Assembly: GCA_950097015.1 (NCBI GenBank)
Contig: CATNEN010000025.1
Location: 6,076,001-6,140,000, forward strand
From: Macrostomum hystrix
Taxonomy: Eukaryota > Animalia > Platyhelminthes
Reading direction: 5' to 3'
DNA length: 64,000 bases
Of this stretch, positions 10,291 to 27,034 are shown one piece after another (within the stretch, counting starts at the first letter, position 1; every line of letters starts with the position of its first letter). Under the pieces are notes generated by a model. The model was not told the DNA's origin and did no database searches. It saw only the letters and a program-made list of their open reading frames with translations. A program made the translations under genes and the position numbers.

Positions 10291-13200
10291 TGTCAATGGA
10301 CGCCGACTGTTCGATACAGGAGTAAGAAGAGATGCAGCTAGCTTGGTTGGTGGAGACACAGCTTCAGGGGCGCTTCAGGGGCGCTTCAGGGGCGCTTCAG
10401 GTCACAGCGGCGCCACTGGGACGCATTAAGAATTAGTGGAATTATCCCCAGCTGAGCGGTGCTCTGTCGTACTGGGCAGGGCACTGGCTGCAATCGATGA
10501 ACATATTTTTACCCTTAGTTATTTGATTAACATTAAAAATGAACTCGTATCTTGTGTATCATCAATGGCATGCAGACTGCTAACGACATCGCTATCTGTT
10601 GGCCTAAACAACCAAAATTTTTAATTTAATCACTGAATTGACAAAACGTGGAGAAAGGCCCTGACAATAGCGTATAATTAAAATGCAACACCACGCAGTC
10701 TAGACTAGTGGAAATCAATTATTCTGTGCCAAGGTAGACTTTAAAGCATAAATGCTGACAGCAGGGAAGCATGCAATTTTATTACATTCTTGCTTAAATA
10801 TAATGTCCAGTACACAAATGACATTGTTGAATTTATTTCTATATATTTTAATAAGACAAATGTTACTTAGATAAGGAAATGGTAGAACTCTATGTGCTGA
10901 GTGTAGCATTCCTACTAGGCAAAAGCATTATAACGGGCCATAATAACACCGAGCTCAGTTAAATTAGGAAGCTATAGGCAGAGAAATGGAAAGAAGTGGA
11001 GCACACACACACACAGACACCTACCGCACTGCTTCTTAACCCACTTGCGACCAACTTGTGGCAAACTGCCTTACTAATGCCTAGCAGAAGGCAGGACAGA
11101 GTGACAGAGAACGACTAGGAGAGCGACTGAGACAGTCCTCTCTGACAGCTTATATTTCTGCATCTGCATGCGAGGTATCCACCTTGCTTACATCTCTAGC
11201 AAGATAGTTTTATATAGAAAAATAATAAGTCCGCCGCATTTCTGTTTTCACCTCGTCTCACCTCTCACTTAATCTGCATTTAAATACGGCTCGATTGTAA
11301 AGCTGCGCATGGCGCCCCACCCCACTTGCAGTCCAGCCTAGAAAACGACAATATTATATTTCCTTTTGCATCAGCAACATTTCTAACTTTTATTTCACCA
11401 GCACAGATATGTCCGAAATAGAAAATGTGCGCCTCCTTGGGGAAGGCATTGGGCTAGGGTGCGAACTCTCTTTCTGTGCTACTTTAGTTCAGTCTGCATG
11501 GTGCATTTTTACACAACTATTGTGCACCACAACCGACGGAACGCTGAACGAAAGACACGGGAATTTCGGAAAGAACTGTATATATATTTTATATAGGAGA
11601 AAGAAGAGACGCTAAAAAGTTGAACAGGAAAATATTCGCCACCAGAAGATATCCAGCGGAAAGCGAAGAATAATATAAGAAGAAGCCCGAGAAATATAGC
11701 GCCAAGTGTGCAATCGCCTATATCCCAGCCTGAAGCATTTCCTATTACCGTCAGCATATCCACATGTATTTTAACTTAGAGATTCACTGCCCGTTTATAA
11801 ACCGCATAGACTGAAAATCCCTTGGCGTCGTCTGTGCGGAGACAGATTTTTACACAAGCAGCAGCAACAGCAAGGCGCCCTAGGGCTCCTTGCCTCTCCC
11901 AAGGTAGCAGAGGCATAGAGCAGTAACAACAACATAACCAGAAGCCCAAGTAAGAAAGGCACGGAGAATTTGGAGTGGGACAGATCGCTCGGAAAAAGAT
12001 ATGGATGAGGGAAAAATAGATGGAGAGAGGGAAAGGAGAAGACAAACACAGCAGAGGGCCACAACTGCCACGCGACGCTGACGTGTACCTGTCCCTATTT
12101 GAACCATCAAAGTGGCCCATGATAACTAACCTGTGGTAGAGCCAACAAATTTGGCACGACTAAACAGTCAGAGAAAAAGACGAACTGAGGCCGAACCAAA
12201 AATTTCCCAATGGAAAGAAATCAGGACACACAAACCGAGTCTTGTTAGACAAATATCAAGGAAAAAGTCAAACTGCAATTTTACCATCATGTTTTTCTAC
12301 TGGTTAGTTAAAGACATGGAAAACATGGGATCTGAGACGTCTACAGCTTTAAAATGAGAATCTGGGAATTTCGTGTGCAATTTTTAGGATTTGGGAGGTT
12401 GGTGTGTGAGTCTGAGTGTCTGAGAAGTTGGTGATCAAGCTTGAGGATTTGGGATATTAGTGGAAGAGTCTGAGCATCTGGGACATCGGTGTCCGAATTT
12501 GAGGATCTGGGAGCTTGGCGCCGAAGTCTTGGAATCTGAGAGTTTCGTGGCTTTTTGTCAGATAAAATGGAAGATCATGAACTGACAGCTTAATTTTTAA
12601 GTAGCAACTTTGTTATCAGCCATTCTGTCAACGCATAAAAGACAATCAGTTAAACCAAAATTTTACGCACCGCAACACTGGCACGAAGACGAATTACAGC
12701 AGACAATAGAACATAGCCTAAAAAAGAAGCGAGTGGAAAGCAGAAAGCGATTCAAATAGAACCCAGAATGGACTTGTCGGACTAAAACAGCAAGAATAGA
12801 AAAGTTCGGTAAAGGCGTGCGTTGAGTGCGACTTGTCTGCACTCTGTAGTGTAGGCCGAGAAAAGCAGCCCCGGAAAAGCTGTTCTCAACCGGTTCCGCG
12901 GGCAATTATTCCGATTGTTAAATTCTCAGCAGCAGCAGCAGCAGCAGCAGCAAAAACAGGGATGCCATTACAGAGGGAGTATGCGTGAACACGGGTAATT
13001 AAGAAAATATTTCTGCGAGATTTTCGTTGTCGATCAGTCTCTAAGGGTCGTTTGTGGACACTGAGCAAGCCAGTAGTGTACCTCCTCAGGACGGAGAAGC
13101 TTAAGTCTTAAGAGGGAAGATGAAGGGAGAAAAAGAAGGAATATCGGAGAAACTCATAAATGTTTGCCTGCTTGCGAAAGTCCGCTCTCGACAGCCTAAT

Positions 13201-16200
13201 GAAGCTTAATCCAGGGCATTGTGGTTAAGCACTAATCCATGCCCGTTCTCTGCACTCCCTGACTGTGAATGCCTTGCAAATTATTGAGACTTCTCTCTGC
13301 CCGCTCTTTGTTCCTCGCCACCCGATATACACCCGAAGCGTATACAATGGGCGGGCTGGGACAATTCACACATTGGACAGTTTATATAGTTTTTTTAATA
13401 AATCCTTACAATGACGTCACTATGAATAGTATTGTGTCGTAAAAAAGACAGGGAGTTATAAATTTAGAAAGCTATGTCAACACAACAATCTCAACAATTC
13501 TGTTTTAAATGGACAAAGGTTGTAACTGCTGTAATGTAATTGTAATTAAACACGAAGTGGACAAGTTTTTACCATTTGTATCGCTATTTCTAATTCACTA
13601 GCACGCATTGCTGCAGACTGAAAGGGAGAAAGGGAAGAACGGGCTGGCTTGGGATTAGGAATTAAGGAAGGAAAAAGAGGCATTTCAGAGTCCAGTGCGA
13701 CAGGTTACTACCGATATTGAGCAGGGCCGGGGGAAAAGGCGGATCTAGAGAGAAGAGCAACGAAAAGAAAATACATTGGGATAATATGCATGCATGTGTA
13801 TGCGCTCCCTTTCCTCTTCCCATCGAAGCGGTGCTAGCGAGCGAGCGGGTGAAGTGAATGAGTGAATGAGTGAGTTGAGTGCCGCCCAACTCCCAGCAAC
13901 TCTGCCCCTGGACCCCACGCCAGGCCGACACTAAAATAAGCAGCATAATAAGGGGATTTGTGACCGCCTCCGGTGCAGGGGAACAGAGACGAGTGGGGCG
14001 GGAGTGTAAGGGGAGAAAAAGAGAAAGAAATCATGCCCCCGATCAATACTATCGGGACAGGGGCTGGCTGAGGCAGGGGAGAGGGCTTTAAGAAAAGACT
14101 CCCATCCAACTCTAAACCGCCCCTCTTCTTCAGCCAACACGAAAAGACCGGCAAGTTTTAAGTCGTCTCTCTAATCCTTCATCCTCACCTCCCCACTCTG
14201 GAAAAAGGAGAGCAGCAATAATCTGCCGGGTCCGGCTCTTCCATATAGTTTATTCTTCCAGTTCTCGCCCAGCTGCCTCATCCGAAAACTCCCACTCCCT
14301 ATCCCCAATACCTCTATCCCCCTCTTTTTCGGTCTCGACCTACCCACAACTCGCAAAACAGAGACTGGCTCGTTTGGCATATAGACGGTAAGGGGGAGAA
14401 AGATGAGAGCGGATGGTCTATTGGAGGGGGTAAAGGATGGGAGAGCAAGAGCGGAAAGGCAGCGAGATGGGGTTGAAGGAACGAAATTGCGAAGCAAGAG
14501 AGAGCTGGCGGCGGCAATGTTGAGTCCGAGGCGGGTGGAGCGGACGAAAGAATAAAGAGGGGGCAAGAGAGGGAGAAAAAGTGGAGAGTCGGTCACAAAT
14601 CTGACACAGACATGGAAGAGAGGCGAAACTAGAGTAATGGGAAGCGTATGGGGGATAAGTCCTATCCTTTTGCCCATTCCTACTCAACTACAGTCGACCA
14701 AGCAGTAAAAAGAGGGCAGAGAGAGATGAGAGAATGGCTTTTTTAGGCCGCGGGCAGTGTGTGCAATGGAATTAAGAGGAAGAAAGGGGAATTATTCCCA
14801 TAATTCAGTGCCTGGAAGACGGGATTGGCCAGGGAGCGCAGACAGACAGAAGTGAGAGGAAGCAGGCTGGAGACTGGAGGGCAAGTTTAGGAACAGATGA
14901 GATGGAATCTAAGCAGTGCAAACTAAACTCTGCGAAATGAGACCCAAACGCCGCGGCAAGAGGAAGAGTAGGAAGATAAGCGTTGATGTTGGATAAAACA
15001 GTACTGGCCAAATGACGAAAAAACGTATTAGAAATAGCAAATAAAAACTCAAACAAGGCTTCGTTCAGTTCGCATTTTCTGCAACTTTTGATCAACTGTT
15101 CAAGATTATTTTAGATGTTTTTTATAAAGCTTCAAAAGAGAAGGGACTGTCAGATGTGGCTCCCGGAAAGAAGAGCTCGAAGAGTTGCCTGATAAAACCT
15201 ATGGGCAGGGGTGCAAGCTGCAAGCCATTGCAGGAGTCGGAGAGAGAGAAAGTGCGAAGAAAGAATTAGAATTTTTAGAAGAACACTAAAGGCAGAAAAG
15301 CCACTGGGATAATCCTAGCCTGGTTCGAGATAATCCCACCAGGCACACAGAAGCAACTCTTTTTTTTTCTCGTTTCTGTGACTGGGCTAACTAAAACCCT
15401 GCCCCGCAGTCCAGGTGCGCTCAGGTAAGTCACGGAATCTGAGACGCTCAAAGATCAGAATGATGGATCGAAATTAGGAATCAGAAAAGAAATAATAGGG
15501 CCAAGAGATGACAGGAGAAGGACACTTGTGTGAATGTAAAAATATTAAATCACTTCTAAATTAGCTTATTAATTTTTGTTTGCGATTTGAACGCCATCTA
15601 TACGCCATGCCTTTAATACTGACACCAAGGCCTACCACAGATGTCTAAAAAAATGCCTCAGATTTCCACTTATTAGAGCTTGTGGAAGGAAAGCATTTAT
15701 CAACTAGCTGCGGAATAAAACTCTACTTACTCAAAAGTCAAATAAGGAGGGATAACTTTTTACTCTAGCTAGTACCAGTTTGCCACAAAACGCTTAACTG
15801 TCAGTAACAAATTAAATTGAAATGGTAGCGATTAACAAAAATTTTAATAGCATTGTTTTTGCATAGCAACAACTCCGTAGTTAATAAATTCAGGAATGTA
15901 GGAACGATTACAATTCAATTTTAAAGCATTATTTATCTTTTTTACGAAGGAGATTGTTAGAATTAATATTTAACTATCCGCGGCGCCACCACTAGATTTG
16001 CTTTTGTAAAAATGAACAGGCCACAGACCGACTCGCTTGCACAAAATACTGCTATAATAATTATGAAAAGAAAGTAGGCAAGCGATGAGAGAGGGAGAGG
16101 GAGACAGACACTTTGTAGACAGTAGAGGCAACTAAGCGAACATGAATTTATGGGAACACGCATATGCGGCCAGCCGCCACTGCTGCTGCAGCTGTAACTC

Positions 16201-17128
16201 TCTCTCTTGCGCTCGTTTTGTCTGTCTGCATGTCTGTCCCGCTTTTTCTTCACCTTCCCCAATTGAAGCCCACCTCAGCGAGCCCTCAAACGGCACAGCA
16301 CTCCAGCTTTCGCGCGCACTTCCAACTCTGGACTCTCATTTTCTCATTCTCTCTCTCTCTCGTGTTTCATAGCAGGTGAAGAAAAGAAAAATCTTGATTG
16401 TGTTTGCCTAGTTTCGAAAAAATAGGTGTATTTATTACTATTATGTTTTTATCAAGTGTGCGTGCCTATTACTTTAATGTGCTGCATGAATATGTATAAC
16501 AAAAATCTAAGCTAGCACACCAACCTCTACCTTACCCCAGCCCGCAAAATTCAAGTGTCTAAAAGCAGCCCGCACTAACCTCATTCTCGCTCCGTAATAA
16601 GCCGCGCAGCTTTATTTCCCTTCCATGTTGCAGAGAAAATCGTGGCAGAATAGCGACGCCGGAAAGAGAGAACCGGCTTTAAATGAAGACAGAGTGAGTG
16701 AGGGAGAGAGCAAGAGGATAGAGAAAATGCAGATTGAGAGGCGGGGAGTACACGGGCCACCCATATAGTGTCTGATGCTCCCTTCATTCCATAATAATAC
16801 ACGCATACTTTCTTCTCTACTTCCATTCAATCGGTTTCTTAACAGTCGACAAAAATGGGGAGGGCAGGTAGGAGGGGTGGTTCATAGAGACAGAGAATGA
16901 GCTAGCGAGTGTTTTCTTAGTTCAACCAGCGGTCAGTAAGTCTTTAAGCAGTCTATACCGCTCACAATTAGAAAAGCTGCAAGGAAAGCGTACTCTAGAG
17001 TCTCTTGCAATCACCAGTGCAAGTCAGTAGTAATTTGTAGAATTCTCTAAAAAATGATTATCCACTCTACAATGGACTTTTATGGATATGACAAATTGCG
17101 CATCGGAGATTAGTGAGCAACTCACAAG

Positions 17129-17464
17129 TAGGGATTGCGATTTACTGACTCTTATCAATCCCGGGAATGCGAATTACATTCTACACTTAAACAAGGAATA
17201 CGAATTAAACAATTAAATATGTGCAAAATGTACGGAAGCATTTATTCATTAGGAAAATAACGAATGCCGTTATGTCGTATAAGTTTGAACAAAATATTTC
17301 TTGATGGGATTTATGTACAATTTTTATAGAGAAAGTCAGGACCATTCCCAAAATTATGGGACAAAATCCTGAAATCCTCAATCTCGAGTAGAACAGCAAC
17401 CCGGGAAATTCTGATCACTTTTAAAATCCTGGAAATTCCACGGGAATCCGACATTGCAATGCCT
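17129..17464. mobile_element. Degenerate MITE-like element (AGGGATTGC...GCAATGCCT) with CCCGGGA sub-terminal motifs; shorter relative at 17985-18069
   Basis: Imperfect inverted ends and a similar head at 17985. No TSD was found. Confidence 0.4.
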
Positions 17465-20400
17465 CAGAAGGCAGCACTCAGAAGTGCTTTAAAATTAGTC
17501 CGGGTCCAACTTCCCTTACAAAATCAAAGGGTTAGACAGACGGAGCACTAGAGCAGTAGGTAAGCCCCGGTGCCTTTCATTGTCCTATGACTATCTGAGT
17601 ACCTTCCGTTCCAGAAGGCAGAAGACATACACAACAACACACACACGCACACACAGTAATCTAGATTAATCGACAAAGAAATTTTGGTAGAACAATGTGC
17701 ATTACATGTTGCATTATGAATCAAGCAATACACGAGCAAACGGAATTGTGCCAGCAAAACTAGTCGTAATGAAATGTGCTTTGTTTTGGAAACCCAAGTT
17801 AAGTAGGATAGAAAAAAGTAGGCATTCTAAAATACATTATTTTCATTCATTATGAGAACTCGTTAAGAGCTATGTTAAAAATCCTGAAATGGGAAATTCT
17901 GCTATTTAAATCCCGGATTGAGGATAATTGACATTTAAACCCTCTGGTAAGGCAAAATTCAATGGTTAATTAAAAGCCTGCATCTAGGGATTCCGATTTC
18001 CTGACCCCTATCAATCCCGGGAGATCCCAATCCCTATTCTTTATCCCGAGAATCCGGGATTGCTTTCCTTTTTGTTCCCTTTGAAGTTTGAATCCCTTTG
18101 GCTAAAAAATTAATGGCCCCAATTCTGCGTAGCGCACTCTTTTATGCATGATAATGAAGTACAATAACAGTGCGAGCTAAAACTTGGATAAATGTTGATT
18201 TGTACATACAATGATACAAAGCAAAATATCACCTTTTAAAAAGCTAAAAAAGAAGCACTAAAAATCGAATAATAAACGAGCGGAAAAGAGCAAAGAAAGA
18301 GAGAGAGAGAGATGGAAGACTGGAGCCAAATGGAAGGCGCGCCGGGGCAAGGCCGGAGCGGCGGCAGCGGCATCATCAAAGAATCTTTAGCCAACCCCAA
18401 ACACCCTCCGACTCTGCCCTCTTCCAGTCTGCAAAGTAACTAACTCCATATAGCCAGCGATCAGGCTGTACTATAGGAAGTCGTAATATAATAAAGAGCA
18501 TTTTTGCCAATGGGGGCGAAACATTTTTCGTCGATATAAAAACAGGAAAGAAAGTACCGTCTGGGAAAGAATAGTACAGTAAATATATTTATAGTTTTGT
18601 GAGCTTTGGTCATATAAAAAATCGCACCATTGCACCGATTATCATTTCTCAGTGCAATTAGGCTTTCCAGCCAAGGTAAAAAAGACCTACGTTGAGTGTC
18701 GGTCAACGGACATGAAAGCCAGCTTTTGCCCCTCACCGCAACACACACTTAGCCTCCAGTAGACCAAATACTGCGAGAGAGTGAGAGCGGATTAGAAACC
18801 AAGCTAGATAGAAACGAGGCGGATGAGCGGAGAGAATCAGTGTGGGTAGAGACGGGGAAAGAGAAGTAAAGAAAAGGCAAGGTCAGACTTAAAGTAGCCC
18901 ATAAGCAAAGGCAAGCATGACTAGCCACTCCAATATACACACAATACACACATGCCGGCGTCATGTGTGTAAGAGAGCGGAGATGGCCAGCGGAGCGACA
19001 GACAGTGAGGAGGAGGGAAGAAGTCGAGGATAGGGAGAGAAAAGGGGAAGAGGTGCGCCCAGACCAGACAGGGGACAGTTGCGCGGTGATCTGGCGAGAG
19101 TTGCGAAATCCTAAAGAGAGGAGGTATAGAAAGATTTAGAGAGAAAGAGAGACGAAAATTGGGAAGTAAAGGCAGACGGGGAATTTGGAGGGGAGGAGAG
19201 GATTTCAGCAGAGAGACGAGGAATGGAAAGAAATGAATGAAACACAAACTGCCGGGCCGTTTTATAACAAAACTGCACCAAATCTGCCACAGTTGGCCGC
19301 TGGTAGGAGCGGGAGTTGTTTAGAGAGCAAGAGAGAGGAGGGAACGGATAGGAAAGGCGGAGAGACGCCTAAGAGGAGGAATGGGATAAAAAAATCCGCG
19401 CGACTCCAACCCTACCTTCCGTCGCTCTCCTATCTGGCAATAGCTCCCAGACGCTTTACACCCCTAACCCGGGCCGGCACGCCTGTATCAGAGCCCGCCG
19501 ACCGTCCCTCTGGACCTCCCAGCACCCTTGCCTAACAGAGGCACCATCTCGTCCCCAAATGCGAGATGTTCATCCGGGGCCGTGTAGTAGCGTATTTGTG
19601 TATGTGGTCTGGCTTTGGGCGCATAATTGATTTCCCTAACCCCCAACTCCCGGATCCGAGCCTCCTCACTCCTCCCTCAATCCCCACCCCAGGCGGCTAA
19701 CATTCTCCTCAACTAACTGGCGCGAATGCCAACTTCCCCATCATCTATCTCATAGCTGTGTTATAGTGCTCACTTTAACATGCATCCAGACATTTGCTAT
19801 CAATGCCAGAGAAAATGTGAAAGTTTGTTATAAGGAAACATGACTATGCAGAGTTTTCATTACCCGCACTAACTAAAATGTGATTTGAAACAAAGACAAA
19901 GAAGAGTAACTAAAAAACAAATCTAAAAATACAATCTAAAATATGCCTTTCAACCCAGCTCCACAAAGCATGTTATGAATTAGTGAAAGCTCGAGAACAA
20001 TACTGGTAGAATCAGCAGTGAACCAAACCACTGCGCCAATTGTACAATGCAGATTTGCTGATTTACTCTGCAACTAGAAACCAACTCAAAGAGATACAAT
20101 GGAAACAAAAAATGCAATTCAAGTAGTATACTGTATCCTCAGAATGGCAAATTATTTTTTGACAAAGTGGCCTGCCTAAACAATAACACTATTTAAAAGC
20201 TTAAAAAACTGGATGCATTCAGAAGTGAAAATGAAATCCCACAGTTTTTGAAACTGCATAGCCCACATTGTTTGTGCAAAAGATGATAACCAAAACAAGA
20301 AAAAAGTTTCTTGCCAAGCTAATAACTTAACAAAGAAACTAAGTTTTTAATCTGAGTTTGAAGCTTTCAGCTCTTTGATTGGTCAATAAGCCATTAGTAG

Positions 20401-23221
20401 ATTTGATAGAAAGTGAGAAACTTAGAAAGTGATAGACTTTGTAATAGTAATTAGACATTAAACTTATTAACAAAATCGATGTACATAGGCTAATATTTTT
20501 TGTTGATTTGTCTTGCAAGACAATAAAAGCCATGATTATTGTGTAAATATTTATATATATTCTATTCACTTCACTCATTCTAAGAATTAAAAATATAAGG
20601 ACCTTTTTATATTGCACAACACAAACATTTAATAACTAATAAAAGCTCAAATTAAATATATCTGGTAAATAATGCTGTTTCACAAAAATATTAACAATAC
20701 TACCAAAGATCCAACAAAGCCATTAGACAAACTAGTGGCAATAAACATGATAAAAAAAGTCAAGGTACTAAGCAATGTTAATAAGATAAAGACTACTTAA
20801 ATTTGGATCAGCATTAATTTGCATACAATGCAGTCTGACAATTAGTCTTTACATGCTATACCCAAAATACACTCTGACTTTGAATCAACAATGCTTGAGA
20901 TGTCAAGACATCAAGACATACAATTTCTAGCAAGCCTTGCAATGTGTATAGTTAGTAACATTTTACATACTCACTATGTAAAATTAAATTTAAGATCTAA
21001 CTTTATTAAAGAGCAAATAACTTGAATGACACTATGCTGACCATTAAATACTGATACTGTATAGTCTAAGATAGCCAGCTGGTGCTTCTAAATTGAAATT
21101 TTTTAAGCCTAAAAGCCAATATATAAGTTCTCTAAAGAAATAAATATAAATATATGTGCTTTAGAATTGAAAATTATTAAGTAAGGTACAGTTTAGCCTA
21201 CTGCTTAGAAGATTGAACTCAAAACATTATATTGAACTGTTTGAGCTGAATTTAGGTGTAGTCCATGCCATTCCAGGCTGCCCATGAGTGTTTTATTTTG
21301 AGCAGCAATTAAGTAGGAAAAGTACATACATAGGCATAGTGACTCTGAGCATGTTACACATCAGGAAAACTCTAGGTGACCAGAAGTTGATCATAGATTG
21401 TCAAACCTTTCCTAAAGGGTATAAGCAAAAAGCCAATAAATATAAGGGTTATAAAACAGGCAAACTCTAGTCTAAAATATCACTAATTTTAATAATAAAT
21501 AAATTTAAGAACAGTATAGTATTAAAAAATAATAATGTGAATTATAATAAAACAGTTTGTGTTCTACAGCTAAATTATTATAGTTCTTTAAAAAACACAT
21601 ATGCTACTCGCACTGATGAAAAGATACAGTCAAAAATGTATACAAATAGATACTAATAAAAAGGCAGATCTTGTCATAAATAGCCACAGAAGCAGTATTC
21701 CAATAAAACATGGTATTTAAAAGCATATATCTTTATATTGCAGCTAAAAAATTGCAGTAAAACTTATTCTTTAGAACTTACGCAAGTTGGTTGACTTAAA
21801 AGGTAGCTAATAAACACATCTAATGAAAAATTCGAATAAAGAAATTAAGATACTAAAGTCTAGGTCAATAAAATTTAAAATCAATATCAGCTTGTGTCCC
21901 AAACTTGAAAAATGTTAGGCCTACTTTAATCAGTAACAATCAAAAATATTTAAATAAATTTATACAAGCCAGTCACGCCTAAAGCAAAACCTAGTATTTT
22001 GTACATTAAAATTAAATATCTATTGTATCCATTGCATAAAAAGTACTGTAGAGTAGTAACTACAAGTAGGATTTATGACTAGCAAAAAATCTAAACTAAA
22101 AACTCCTAGATCTATCTGTAATGACATAAGTAATTTTATAAGTAACATTTTATGAACGGAATAATTATCTCTCAAACTGAAAACATGTTGTTAGTGAACT
22201 TACGCGAAAGCGTGACATACACTAGATAATCCCATATAGATACTCAATAGTTCGACACGGGCCACATTGTACAATTTAAATTTTAGCAGAAAACGGAAGT
22301 TCTAAGAACCTGCTTAGGTAAAATAAGTGCATATATATTCAAAAACATTGTAAACAAAGCAAAGAAAAAAATTATGTATATATAATTTACTTCCCTATTG
22401 TCTTATCTATCTAAGTACCCATGCTTGTTTAAACGCTCTGTCTGCTCTTGTTTTTTGACCATTTTACGTTACTTCGAGTTGAAATGCTTCTCAGAAACCT
22501 TTTTTGCACGCTGGTTTTCTCCTTTTATTGCATAGGTCTCTACTTGTATGCTTGAAATCTGAAGTTGCTTAATTGTTTGTAATAAAGTCGCTACTATTGA
22601 CAAGCATTATTTTTTTATGTAATTTCTTCTCCTGGACACATTTGCTGAATAGGTTAATATTTGTAGGTTGTTTCTTTTATAAAATACTATGTACTATGTG
22701 TAGTTAACTATTTATAGCTAAATTTGAAAACTCAAATATTCTTTTTTTCTATTGCTGTTTTTTTACATTTTTAGTAGGTTCTTCAATTAAAAAAATATAA
22801 ATTAAATTTATTTATTCTAATAAGCATGTAGTTTTATTAAAATATAAAGGACCATTATTTAACATTTTGTTAAAGTTGAATATTTACCAAGTAATCTTGT
22901 TCAATATTTACAAATCCTTATTATCATTGATCAAATTTAAGGACTGGTTGAGCGATGTGGCCTCTTAAATAGCAACAAATATTTTTTTGTATCAGAATTT
23001 AAACTTAAGAATCCTAATGCTAAATTATTTGTAATCCTTAAATGAGTTGATAATAAGTTTTAGATAAATTTCACAACATAAATTCAATGAATCATTATGT
23101 AATTTAAAGCCTAAATTATAATGCCTTTTTTCTATTAAAAAATGTAACAACCTGGAATCTAGGCTAAGAAAATACTTGTAAAAACTAATCATTTTGAAAA
23201 TTATGTTTTTGTCTTTAGGAA

Positions 23222-23856
23222 GTGCTTATTCCCATGGTCCCATGCCGATCATTTTCTGCTTATCCACACGGCAGCTTGTATGAATAGGTTTACTTTCAAG
23301 TCCCTACCTATTCTTCTCTGAGCATAAGGCTTTTGCTTCAGAGTATAGTGTATACTGTACACTATCAATGCATAGTGTAAAAGAATAACAATGATTTATA
23401 ATATGTGTGACGAGTTTGGTGCTGACTAGAATTTTGCTGGTTGACTCATATGATTTTCTTTGATAGACTTCTTACTTTGTTGTAAGTCAATACAATTCGA
23501 ATGAAAACATGTAATGATGACAAAAGATTTAGTAATTTGTTGTTACAATAATTAAAAAGGATGACATTTATGTCGGTTAATGAATGTGTAGGTTGAAATG
23601 TAGAACACTATCTAACACACTGGCAACTTTGTCAATCTATTGGCTCAAGGGTTTAACAAAATGTTCAAACCCGAAAGGGCCTTGTTTCATAGAACAGAAC
23701 TGTGTGGATAAAATTGAAATTAATGGCACGGCATATTTATATAAAGAGTTTTAGACCTATTCATACAAGCTGCTATGTGGATAAGCAGAAAATTAGTGGC
23801 ATGGATCTGTGTGGATAAAATTGAAATTATTGACACGGGACCGTGGGAATAAGCCC
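23222..23856. mobile_element. MITE with long TIRs (copy 1)
   Basis: The ends G(T/G)GCTTATTCCCA..GTCCC and GGGACCGTGGGAATAAGCCC are inverted. Extended inverted sub-termini are present (TTTTCTGCTTATCCACA..GCAGCTTGTATGAATAGGT). A clearly homologous copy lies at 25244-25876. Confidence 0.8.
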
Positions 23857-24014
23857 TGCCTTGTCTTTATCATTTATCATGATAGTGATTGTATAAAAAT
23901 GTTGGCATAGCATGTTCTTTACCTAGAAAGTAAGCAGCCTTATTTGTTGCTTAAAAGAATTAGACAAGTTATGGTCATAGTTTGCAAACAAACAAATGTT
24001 CAAGCTGCATAGAG

Positions 24015-25172
<1,158 letters not shown>

Positions 25173-25243
25173 GCATAGAGAATTTATTCTAGCATATCAT
25201 TAAATATAATTAATATAATATATCATTCATATAAATAAAGGAA

Positions 25244-25876
25244 GTGCTAATAATTTCCCGTGCCATGCAGATAAGTTCAATTTTATCCACACGGATCCAT
25301 GCTGATAATTTTCTGCTTATCCACATGGCAGCTTGTATGAATAGGTCTACTTTCAAGTCTCTACCTATTCTTCTCTGAGCATAAGGCTTTTGCTTCAGAG
25401 TATAGTGTATAGTGTACACTATCAATACATAGTATAAAATAAAAACAATGATGTATAATATGTGTGACAAGTTTGGTGCTGACTAGAATTCTGCTGGTTG
25501 ACTTGTATTTTCTTTGATAGACTTCTTACTTTTTAAGTCAATACAATTAGAATGAAAACACATAACAATGACAAAATATTTAGTAAGTTGTTATTACAAT
25601 AATTAAAAAGGATGACAATAATGTCGGTTAATAAATGTGTAGGTTGAAATGTAGAACTCTGTTGTAAGGCACTGGCAACTTTGTCAATCTATTGGCTTGA
25701 CTGTTCAACAAAACGTTCAAACCTGTAAGGGTCTCATTTCAAAGAACAGAACCGTGTGGATATAAAGAGTTATAGACATATTCATACAAGCTGCCATGTG
25801 TATAAGCAGAAAAAATTATTGCATGGATCCATGTGGATAAAATTGAAATTATCGGCACAGGACTGTGGGAATAAAC
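25244..25876. mobile_element. MITE with long TIRs (copy 2, same orientation as 23222-23856)
   Basis: Colinear similarity to copy 1 over ~630 bp. The left end is more degenerate. Confidence 0.78.
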
Positions 25877-27034
25877 TTAGCCATAAATGAAAGGCTGAGA
25901 AGAAAAACTAGAATATATAGGGTGTTGCTAACAGACAAGACAGGGAAATAATTTTGGTAAAGTGCAACAATGCTAGCTTTAGCTAATAGCAACTAGTCTT
26001 CAAAGGGTCATAGTTCACTCATGAGGGACCCTCAAGAGAATTAGTACCTGGCAAAGTAGCTGTGACAAGTTGGGGTCATAGAGAAAAGATGGATATTTCC
26101 TATTTTAGTTTTGATATTGAGGCTGTTGCACTCTCCCAAGACCTTTAAGCAAAGATCCATGTGTGTTGAAAGCTTTTGCTTTGTTGCAATGCTGCAAAAC
26201 CTGAAACAGATTGTACAATAGACCAAGATAGCAATGGCCTCCACTTAAAATTGTCAGGGGGATTTCCTTTCCATTGCCTGACAGTTCTATTTATTTTGTT
26301 TATTTTGAGATGTTAAGCAATACTGAAGAATCTCCTATATTATCTCTAGTTAATATGTATACATAGATTAAGACTTCTGTTGATATGGTAATGATTTAAG
26401 ATGACATTTTTTATTATATCTTTCTACATAAACCTTATCTTTTCAGTGTACCTCTTTCAACTGCATCTACACTACTCTACAATCTGACATAATGACCTAA
26501 ATATATACTCTGATTTAAGCATGGAGTTATGATGATTTTATAATAAAATTAATTTTAATTATTTGACTGCCACAACACCTAAAAAGTTTTGATCATTTAA
26601 ATAGTTGTCACTGCCAACAAAATTAGCTTGTCTTCTAGTATTAAGCCTTATTATTTGTATTTGTTAATTTTAGGTACTAAAGCATTTGTTTGCTCTTTAC
26701 TTTAGTAATGATGCACTGCAAACATTGGTCAATATAACAATGATTAACTTAATCATTATACCAATTGGCAGGTTTAGACCAAATATTGTACTTAAAGCAC
26801 AGCATATAGTCTATTCTTGTCTAAGCAAGGAAATAAACATTAATTTATATGCAGGACATTTGTGTTTTTTAACTCAATAAATGTGTACAGATGCATTCAC
26901 AATGAAAATTAGGAAAATCGAGACAATTGTTTAGCTGTTAAAATATGTTTCTAGTCGAGTTCTTAATTAGGCTCCCATTTTTACTGTTGCATTGCAGTGA
27001 GACATTGAAAAAAAAATTTATAATTACAGAAGCA

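Noticed and set aside
11509-11757. Small ORF with a hydrophobic, TM-like stretch (LGAIFLGLLLILFFAF)
   Set aside because: The hydrophobicity is explained by T-rich low-complexity DNA, and there is no homology or splice support.
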